A stretch of 64,000 nucleotides of DNA from NCBI GenBank assembly GCA_046483985.1, contig JAWOCD010000110.1:53023-117022 (forward strand), written 5' to 3'. How positions within the stretch are numbered: position 1 is the stretch's first letter; each line of letters opens with the position of its first letter. The notes beneath the pieces are model-generated. The model saw only the letters and a program-made list of their open reading frames with translations, was not told the origin of the DNA and did no database searches. Below are positions 56,871-64,000 of the stretch, in pieces. The stretch is from Promethearchaeia archaeon. GTDB lineage: Archaea; Asgardarchaeota; Lokiarchaeia; Sigyniarchaeales; SOKP01. A program made the position numbers and the translations under genes.

Positions 56871-57092
56871 TTAGATGAAATCTTTCAATTCTGCTTCACA
56901 ATAAGGACAATATTTTTTTTTCATAAAAATAAAACGGTAAATAGCATAAATAATAACTCCCAACCCCGCTGTCATTAAGCCCACCAAAAAAAATAACGTG
57001 TTATATTGGTTTTTTACTGGCTTTCTCACGGGATATACAAATTCTTCACAGATTTGGCAATATGCTATATTTCTCTCCTTATTTTTTTTCAT
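56871..57092 (-). CDS. LITAF-like zinc-ribbon membrane protein
   Basis: CQIC-hydrophobic segment-CPYC. Confidence 0.7.
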   Translation of the reverse strand: MKKNKERNIAYCQICEEFVYPVRKPVKNQYNTLFFLVGLMTAGLGVIIYAIYRFIFMKKKYCPYCEAELKDFI

Positions 57093-57168
57093 GGTCTTAA
57101 TTAATTTTGTTAGAGATTCAATAATATTAAATTTATATAATATTTAATTTATTTTTCTTGGGATTAAA

Positions 57169-57771
57169 GTGACTAAAAAAGAACCCTTTTTTATTGTGAT
57201 TGATGGAATTGACGGCTGTGGATCTTCTACCCATTGTAAAATCTTAGCAAGTACATTGGAAAATAAGGGATACAAAGTACATTTAACACAAGAACCCTCA
57301 TTCAGTGAAGTAGGGAAACTTCTTCGCAAATTTTTGAAGAATCCCTCAATTCCGCCCACCACGGACGCCTTAATGTTTGCCGCAGATAGGGATTTACATT
57401 ATCGTAACGAGATTAAGAAATTTATGGATAAGGGATATATTGTGATCTCTGATAGATATAAAGAATCATCTATCGTTTATCAATCTGCCCAATCAGAAGA
57501 GGTTACAGTTGAGTGGGTAAAGAAAATTAATAAATTTGCTGAACGTCCGGATATTACTATCATCTTGGATCTTGACACCGAGATTGCTCTTGCAAGAAAA
57601 GATAAAGACGATTTAGAAAAATTTGAGGATTCTTCCTTTCTTGAAAAGGTACGAAAGCTCTATTTAAAACGTGCTGAAGAAGAAGATTATCATGTAATCA
57701 ATTCGGATAACATTTTGGAATTAGTACAAGAAAAAATCCAACAAATTGTATTTAAGAAACTTGAAACTTGA
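57169..57771 (+). CDS. tmk: Thymidylate kinase
   Basis: FIVIDGIDGCGSST, T.EP, LMFAADR, VISDRY..SS..YQ, PD..I.LD, KFE. Confidence 0.94.
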   Translation: MTKKEPFFIVIDGIDGCGSSTHCKILASTLENKGYKVHLTQEPSFSEVGKLLRKFLKNPSIPPTTDALMFAADRDLHYRNEIKKFMDKGYIVISDRYKESSIVYQSAQSEEVTVEWVKKINKFAERPDITIILDLDTEIALARKDKDDLEKFEDSSFLEKVRKLYLKRAEEEDYHVINSDNILELVQEKIQQIVFKKLET

Positions 57772-58233
57772 ACTACTTACGTCTGAAGGCGTGAGATTCG
57801 TACTTCCTATTGTTTAATACACACACTAGACAATTCGGAGTTGTTTTCCATCCCGAAAGGATCGTCCCCGAAGGTTCGATGAACTCGATTATACTTTTTA
57901 AGGATATTTATGCTTCTCACCACATCTCGGTCACCCCCTAATTCTTTATAGAGCTTGTGTTATTGTTCTGCATAGATGGAACTTCTTTATCCTGATTGAA
58001 AAAGGATTTTCTTCTGTAATAATTAACTAAGTTCTAGAGACCACTGCTGCTGACCAATATACTCTTTAGAAACCACTATTGTTATTCATTTTGTTTCAAT
58101 TCTCAAGTATTAGTCCGAAGCATACATTTTATATATGGTTTCCATTATTTGATTCTTTTGATTAATGCGGTTCTTAGGCTAAAATTGGAGTAAAATTTAT
58201 ACTCACCCTAAAAGACGGGGTATTTTTTTGCCT
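57768..58233 (-). mobile_element. Non-autonomous IS200/IS605 element with decayed tnpB, both ends present
   Basis: Left end ATTAA|AGGCAAAAAAATACCCCGTCTTTTAGGGTGAG; TnpB relics IVVSKEYIGQQ and GDRDVVRSINILKKYN; right end GAATCTCACGCCTTCAGACGTAAGTAGTTCAA. Confidence 0.8.
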
Positions 58234-58305
58234 TTAATGATAAAAGAAAAACATAAAAGATTTTGAATTATATAACTAATAAAGTTCCTAATTTGGTTAT
58301 TTAAT

Positions 58306-59643
58306 GTGAATAAAGAGAAATCATCTTCTTGTGTTGAGGAACAATTATTTAACTACGTAAAGGAATTTAGTTTTCCGCGCTTAGCGGGAACAGAAGGAGA
58401 AAAAAAAGCTGTAGAAAAAGTATATAGGACTTTTAAAGAGATCGGATACGAGGAAGATCAAATTGAAAAGGAACCTTTTGAATTTTCGGATTTTTACAGC
58501 ACCACACTTGTTAAATTTATCATGTTGCTCAGTTTTAATGTTATTTTAATCTTAATTTTTCTATTATATATATTCTACTTCTTTACCTTTTTTATAATTG
58601 GAGTAATGGTTATCATCATGACTTTAATACTCAGAGCTTTAAAACACCCCGAGAAAATGGGATTTTGGGGCGAATATTTTGGTGATATTTTAGAGGCTAC
58701 CAATGTGTTTACGAAAATCCCAGCAAAGAAGTTAACTGAACAAGAAGCGGGAGATATTATTATTTCCGCTCATTTAGATTCAAAATCGCAAACCTTTAAA
58801 ACCTCTTGGAGAATCGTATTCTATCGGATTTGGTTATTTTCGGGAATATTATTAGGAGGATTTTATATCGCCAGCCTCCTCATCAACCTCAATATATTCC
58901 CCATACCACGTATTTCTATACAATTTTGGGATATTGAAATTTTTATCTTGGACCTCGGAATTATTGGGTTAACTTTACTGATCCTCATTTCCAATGTCTT
59001 TTTGATGTTCTTGAATACTCATAATAAGTCACCCGGCGCTTGTGATAATGGTTCTGGAATGGCAATTGTATTTGCACTAAGTCAATTTTTTCTGGATCAT
59101 CCGTTAGATCATTTTAATCTATGGTTTTGTCAATTCTCTGCGGAAGAATTAGGCACAATGGGCTCAAGAATTTTTGTCAATAATCACGATGACAAATTTA
59201 CCAAGGGACGGATTTTTCAAATTAATTTTGATATGATTTCCGCAGCCAATCTCAGACCGAAAAAGAATCGGGTAGAGTATTTAAAGTCTTATGGTATCTT
59301 CCCTCGAAAAAAGATTGCTCCCTTACTAAGTAAATATTTGGATGAAGCTGCAAAACACGAAGGATTAGAAATACATGGATTTCACCTCACAACTGGTGCG
59401 CATACGGATTCCGTTCCGTTCCATTTACGGGGATATTCTTCAGTGGATATTGTAACCCGCCATGCTGCTCGGTATGCCCATGATGAGATAGATACGCCCG
59501 ATAAGGTGGACCCTAAAGTGCTTAAAACCGCATGCTCCATTGGAAAACGAGCAGTTTTAAACCTAGATCGAGATTATCATAAGTTATGCAATAATGAATT
59601 ATTAGTGTGTGTTGATAACAAAGATGGGATTAACAATAGCTGA
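58306..59643 (+). CDS. M28 family peptidase with internal TM helices
   Basis: PRLAGT.GE, SAHLDS, GACDNGSG, SAEELG..GS, NFDM, TDS.PF, H...D. Confidence 0.9.
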   Translation: MNKEKSSSCVEEQLFNYVKEFSFPRLAGTEGEKKAVEKVYRTFKEIGYEEDQIEKEPFEFSDFYSTTLVKFIMLLSFNVILILIFLLYIFYFFTFFIIGVMVIIMTLILRALKHPEKMGFWGEYFGDILEATNVFTKIPAKKLTEQEAGDIIISAHLDSKSQTFKTSWRIVFYRIWLFSGILLGGFYIASLLINLNIFPIPRISIQFWDIEIFILDLGIIGLTLLILISNVFLMFLNTHNKSPGACDNGSGMAIVFALSQFFLDHPLDHFNLWFCQFSAEELGTMGSRIFVNNHDDKFTKGRIFQINFDMISAANLRPKKNRVEYLKSYGIFPRKKIAPLLSKYLDEAAKHEGLEIHGFHLTTGAHTDSVPFHLRGYSSVDIVTRHAARYAHDEIDTPDKVDPKVLKTACSIGKRAVLNLDRDYHKLCNNELLVCVDNKDGINNS

Positions 59644-60889
59644 GAAGATTCTTAAAACTCATTCCCAAGGTACTGAAATATCTCCTGGAGAGTTTCTTAA
59701 AGCAGATATTGATTTAATCATGGTCCATGAACAATTGGGAGGAAGGATCCATAAAGAGTATGAAAAATTGGGTTTAAATTCGGTTTGGGACCCCGAAAAA
59801 ATCTTTTTTATCTTGGATCATTGGGTGCCCGCCCCAACTATTTCAGCTGCTGAAATGCACCAGGATTGCAGAAAATTTGCAAAGAAATATGGTTTTATCC
59901 ATAATATGGGCATAGATAAGGGAATATGCCATCAAGTCTTACCAGAAATGGGATTCTCAAGACCTGGTATGCTAATCGTTGGCTCGGATAGTCATACAAC
60001 CACCTATGGCGCCTTAAATTGTCTGTCCACGGGCATAGGTGCAACGGATGTGTCAGTGGTATTTGCAACGGGAAAATTATGGTTTAAAGTACCAGAAAGT
60101 TATAAGATTCATTTAACGGGTAAATTAAACCCGGGTGTTATGTCAAAAGATTTCATTTTAACGTTTATTCATGATATCTCCACTAAAGGGGCGCTCTATA
60201 AATCTCTTGAGTTTCACGGAGAGGGAAGTCGATCGCTTTCCATAGATGCCCGAATGACCGTTTCTAATATGGTTGTCGAGGCGGGGGCAAAATGCGGTAT
60301 TTTTTTACCCGATCAGAAGTTAAAAAAATGGCTAACGCAGCATACGGATCGCTCTTCTTTTAACTTTGTGAGACCCGATGTGGATGCAGAGTATAAAAAA
60401 ACCTATGAATACGATCTTGGAAATATCACCCCCACGGTGGCAAAACCTTTTAGCCCGGGAAACGGAGTTCCCGTAGAAGAGGTGGGAGGTCTGGCGATTG
60501 ATCAAGCATTTTTAGGAAGTTGCACCAATGGACGACTGGAGGATTTATCCATCGCGGCAAAGATTTTGAAAGATCAAAAAGTTCATCCGGAAATTCGTTT
60601 AATTATTATTCCCGCCTCAAAAAAGGTTTATAGGGCTGCACTCAAGGAGGGACTTATTGAAATTTTTATAAAAGCTGGAGCAGCGGTCGGACATTCCACT
60701 TGCGGCCCGTGTATTGGGGGACATATGGGTGTATTGGGGAAAGAGGAGGTCTGTATTAGCAGTACAAATCGTAATTTTGTAGGGAGAATGGGTGCTCCAT
60801 CGTCAAAAGTTTATCTTGCCTCACCAGCAACTGTTGCTGCTTCGGCTATTCAAGGAAAAATAACTGATCCGAGGGAGGTATTAAAATGA
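59624..60889 (+). CDS. leuC: 3-isopropylmalate dehydratase / homoaconitase large subunit (LeuC/HacA family)
   Basis: DH, GICHQ, GSDSHT.T.GA, GSCTNGR..DL, CGPC.G, STNRNF.GRMG, YLASP; substrate uncertain. Confidence 0.88.
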   Translation: MGLTIAEKILKTHSQGTEISPGEFLKADIDLIMVHEQLGGRIHKEYEKLGLNSVWDPEKIFFILDHWVPAPTISAAEMHQDCRKFAKKYGFIHNMGIDKGICHQVLPEMGFSRPGMLIVGSDSHTTTYGALNCLSTGIGATDVSVVFATGKLWFKVPESYKIHLTGKLNPGVMSKDFILTFIHDISTKGALYKSLEFHGEGSRSLSIDARMTVSNMVVEAGAKCGIFLPDQKLKKWLTQHTDRSSFNFVRPDVDAEYKKTYEYDLGNITPTVAKPFSPGNGVPVEEVGGLAIDQAFLGSCTNGRLEDLSIAAKILKDQKVHPEIRLIIIPASKKVYRAALKEGLIEIFIKAGAAVGHSTCGPCIGGHMGVLGKEEVCISSTNRNFVGRMGAPSSKVYLASPATVAASAIQGKITDPREVLK

Positions 60890-61386
60890 TTGATAAAAAA
60901 AAAGGATATGTGTATCTTATGGGGGACAACATAAATACGGATGATATCGTTCCCAGTCATGTACTTACTATGAGATGTGCAGAGGATATGGCCGAATGTG
61001 CGTGCGAAAATATTGACCCAAATTTCTCAGAAAATGTGAAAAAAGGGTGTATCGTTGTTGCTGGAGAGAATTTTGGATGTGGGAGTTCACGTGAAGAGGC
61101 AGTTTACGTATTTAAAATCCTCGGGATTAGGGCAATTATCGCGAAATCATTTGCCAGAATTTACTTTAGAAATTTAATCAATAATGGAATTCCGGGGCTA
61201 ACCCTGGATTGGGAAGATTCTGATTTTAAGCAAGACGATAAAATAGAAATAAATCTTAAAGAGGGCCTTATTTACAATACATCTCAAAATAAAGAAATTC
61301 CATTTAAGAAACTCCCGCCCTTTCTAATGGAAATTGTTGAGAAAAACGGAATTCTTAATAAAATCAAAGAAAGTCGGTCTTTTTAA
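60886..61386 (+). CDS. leuD: 3-isopropylmalate dehydratase / homoaconitase small subunit
   Basis: GDNINTDDI.P, AGENFGCGSSRE.A, SFARIYFRN.IN.G. Confidence 0.88.
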   Translation: MIDKKKGYVYLMGDNINTDDIVPSHVLTMRCAEDMAECACENIDPNFSENVKKGCIVVAGENFGCGSSREEAVYVFKILGIRAIIAKSFARIYFRNLINNGIPGLTLDWEDSDFKQDDKIEINLKEGLIYNTSQNKEIPFKKLPPFLMEIVEKNGILNKIKESRSF

Positions 61387-61934
61387 TTGTTTTGCTCCAT
61401 TAAAGTCTCAATTTCCTCTTTAATTTGCTCTACTCGTTTTTTACTTTTTAATAATAGTTCGCTTTTACCATGTTTTGAAAACCAATATTTAAACCGCTCT
61501 TCTACACTTACTCTTTTATCTCCCATTGTCATTTTATCTGCCAGACACACAATTTTTTCTTCAATTTTTTCGGGAAAAAAATCTTTAGGGGGCAAGTTTG
61601 CTTTTTTAGCCTCCTCTTTATCTAACCCTCCCAAGATATGGGTTTCACAGATACGAGATAAGGATTCAGAGTATCCTAACTTTTTTACTATCTTTCCCCC
61701 TAAATATCCATGCTTAAGTGTATGGGTCTTTGATCGCCCTAGATCATGTAATAAAGCTCCTATGATAACAAGATCTTTATTTATCTCTAATTTTTTGGGA
61801 TTTTTTATTCTTGACATTAAGTCCTTTGCTGTATTAGCTACTTTAATGGAATGTTGTCTTATTGAGATGCCAATATTATGCTTCCGCAGTAATTTGAGCG
61901 CCGTTCTTTTTGAAGGTAAAGCAATATTTCCCAT
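61383..61934 (-). CDS. HD-domain protein (archaeal HDIG family)
   Basis: HS..V, GALLHDLGRS, H...G, ETH..GG, P...EEKIV..AD. Confidence 0.88.
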   Translation of the reverse strand: MGNIALPSKRTALKLLRKHNIGISIRQHSIKVANTAKDLMSRIKNPKKLEINKDLVIIGALLHDLGRSKTHTLKHGYLGGKIVKKLGYSESLSRICETHILGGLDKEEAKKANLPPKDFFPEKIEEKIVCLADKMTMGDKRVSVEERFKYWFSKHGKSELLLKSKKRVEQIKEEIETLMEQNN

Positions 61935-61960
61935 ACTTTAAAAAAATATTCTATGAAAAA

Positions 61961-62908
61961 TTAAGTTTCAGTTTCTTTTGAGCTCTCGGAATCTTCCACT
62001 AAATGGGAAATGTTATCAACTTCCTGGATTCTGGCTTGAAATTGGACCAAGAGGCTATTACCCGTAATAATCATAATAATTCCGAGGATAAAGAATGGAG
62101 GAAAATTTACTTGTTGATTGAATGCAATGATCCCCCCTATAACGGCAAGCAGAAGATTTGAAGTGGCCTGCAACCCGAATGCCACCCCCACCTTACTTTT
62201 TTGGAACGCAATTTGCTGAACCCCAGTTGCTAGCACATTGCACACAAACATTATCAAGAAGAACACTAATCCAAGTACCAATAATGTGAAGTGATTTTGT
62301 AATAAAACCACGCCCACTTGGTTCAAAAGGGCTCCAATTCCGAACAAAATTCCAGAGACCAATGCCATCGATAATCCAGATATAACGATATGATCCTTCA
62401 CTTTATACCCTAGGACTCCTAGAACACTTAAAAGGCTGAAGTATATGATCATAATAATTATGAAGTTAATTTGAAAATCAGATTGGGCGATATTCACGTC
62501 CGGAGGGCTTACGTTTCCTAATGCTATAAAAAGCGGTGATACAAGGATGATAATAAAGCCTATTTTCTCAATAGGTTTGAGCTTTTCATTTAACATTTTT
62601 ACGCCTAATATTACAACGAATGCCAATTGCAGTCCAAGAACTAGAGGCTGAGTGAGGGCGACGCCAATAAGACCAGTAACAATTAAATACGGTAACCATC
62701 CTGAGAAGGCTAATAAGATCCCCACAACCCAGAGGTGATTCTGAAACATCTCTTTAATGGAGTTCATTTTGTTTAATTTGATCTCTTCCATGTTACTTAC
62801 TGCTTTCTTCTGTAAAGCAATCCCCAAGGCAAATAGAAAACTTGCACCAGCAGAAAAAATTATCCCCCACATTAAATTAACGATGTTAATAGAAGTATTA
62901 AAAATCAT
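61961..62908 (-). CDS. DMT-superfamily (NIPA-like) membrane transporter
   Basis: About nine TMs, ALGIALQKKA, W..GI, QP, LNEKL. Confidence 0.8.
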   Translation of the reverse strand: MIFNTSINIVNLMWGIIFSAGASFLFALGIALQKKAVSNMEEIKLNKMNSIKEMFQNHLWVVGILLAFSGWLPYLIVTGLIGVALTQPLVLGLQLAFVVILGVKMLNEKLKPIEKIGFIIILVSPLFIALGNVSPPDVNIAQSDFQINFIIIMIIYFSLLSVLGVLGYKVKDHIVISGLSMALVSGILFGIGALLNQVGVVLLQNHFTLLVLGLVFFLIMFVCNVLATGVQQIAFQKSKVGVAFGLQATSNLLLAVIGGIIAFNQQVNFPPFFILGIIMIITGNSLLVQFQARIQEVDNISHLVEDSESSKETET

Positions 62909-63105
62909 TATAAATAAACCTCACTTGAGCTACTTACTGTGCCTCCCATTATTCCTCCTCCTACTCCACCCAGAAAGGCTGTGAGAATCTCTCCGAAAGT
63001 AGTAATCAGAGCTTTCCCAGTAAATAATGACATTAAATCAACAGCAGCTAAAAAGAAAGAATGATCCATAGTAATAAATTGATAACAATAATTAATAATT
63101 TTTAC

Positions 63106-63327
63106 CACTCAAGTGCGAGAAAGCCCGACCTTCACGGCGGGGATGAATCGCACATACATTTATAAACGATTAATCCTATAAAATTATTGATGGACGATAA
63201 CCAAGTTCATCGTGTAACCGCAGGGACTGCGGGGTTAGCGTTTGGAGCATCTGTAAGACCTGTGCACTTAGGCAAGATATTTCCAAGGAATTACGAATCC
63301 CTCACTCGTTAGGGTGTGGTAGTTCAA
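63106..63327 (+). mobile_element. Complete IS608-like non-autonomous element carrying an omegaRNA-like scaffold
   Basis: TTAC| ... AAAG-CCCGACCTTCACGGCGGGG left end; ACCGCAGGGACTGCGGGGTTAGCGTTTGGAG; GAAT-hairpin-TAGTTCAA right end. Confidence 0.8.
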
Positions 63328-63368
63328 AGAAAGATAGATAAATAATAATTTTTGAGTAATTTATTAAC

Positions 63369-64000
63369 ATGTACTCGTTAAAAGAAAAAATTAAGGAACT
63401 GAAAGATACCCAGTTAATTTCCCTTGTAGAGGGAGCACTCCTCATTTCATTTCTCATCTTCTCAGTCATAACTATTTTCGAGCTTCTTTCTTTGGAAATT
63501 TATAATATTAAAACCGTATTCGGATTGTGGAGCCTCCGGCTCTCAATCATCTTTGTCATTCTTTTTTTTAGTATGCCTTACTTAGTCATCTATCTTTTAA
63601 AGTTTGGAAAAAAGATCAAAGCAAAATATGCACGTACCGAATTTAAGAAAAATTTCTTTAAAGAAATAGAGGGTAAAAGGCAGATTGATATTCTTACTCT
63701 TTCAAATAAATACAATATTAATCTCCTTTTTATAAAAAATTATCTCCGTGATTTAATTTCTCAAGGGTTGTTAAAAGGGGAGTTAAAAAATAATATCTTT
63801 GAGATTAATGAGGATTTTGAGATAAAAAGTATGAAAGAAAAGCGAATGGAATTTTTCAAGCAAAATCTTGGAAAACATTTAACCGCCCATCGCCGAGTAA
63901 GTCTGAGTACACTCTCCGATAATTTTAAAATCCCTAAAAAGATTATCAAACGTTATATGATTAATTTGATCGATAAAGGTGTTCTAAAGGGGTATTTCGA
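63369..64000 (+). CDS. Membrane protein with tandem PCI/winged-helix-like domains (3' truncated)
   Basis: Manual translation: two TMs, then LSNKYNI...LRDLISQGLLKG and LSDNFKI...MINLIDKGVLKGYF; open to window end. Confidence 0.7.
   Translation, partial: MYSLKEKIKELKDTQLISLVEGALLISFLIFSVITIFELLSLEIYNIKTVFGLWSLRLSIIFVILFFSMPYLVIYLLKFGKKIKAKYARTEFKKNFFKEIEGKRQIDILTLSNKYNINLLFIKNYLRDLISQGLLKGELKNNIFEINEDFEIKSMKEKRMEFFKQNLGKHLTAHRRVSLSTLSDNFKIPKKIIKRYMINLIDKGVLKGYF

Noticed and set aside
20488-60889. TGA-ending genes as selenoproteins (e.g. 21627, 27011, 43818, 57771)
   Set aside because: Proteins are already full length, the TGAs do not align with catalytic Cys, and read-through at 21627 and 57771 stops within a few codons
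62908-63108. 66-aa hydrophobic ORF upstream of the DMT gene
   Set aside because: Start overlaps the mobile-element left end; may be a real small membrane peptide or a remnant, but evidence is insufficient

Overview
AT-rich archaeal chromosome segment, most consistent with an Asgard archaeon (Lokiarchaeia/Promethearchaeota). This is inferred from the archaeal r-protein set, the archaeal/eukaryote-type selenocysteine machinery, and roadblock, longin, Yip1, LITAF-like, PCI-like and Loki-CTERM-like proteins. Core content: the distal spc r-protein cluster (S4e-L15), L34e-cmk-L14e-tRNA-Ser, secY with an EMC3/TMCO1-family gene, L11-L1-P0-L12, selB, tRNA-Sec with SepSecS, scattered shikimate genes, adk/ndk/tmk, two INO1 paralogues, GH20/GH57 and leuCD-like genes. 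Most unusual observations: (1) three coupled genes that look like the three tandem TM+LbH C-terminal domains of poly-lysine-synthetase (Pls)-type NRPSs split into separate subunits, only one keeping the His; (2) a tRNA-Ile(UAU) with two introns; (3) a cobalamin-riboswitch-like leader on an ECF S-component gene beside a DUF4430 gene; (4) two r-protein genes that can only start at AUU; (5) many non-autonomous IS200/IS605 (TnpB/omegaRNA) remnants, two of which supply the TGA stop codon of a host gene; (6) an HTH-fused, catalytically divergent INO1 paralogue. All family calls come from motif recognition by eye; no searches were run.
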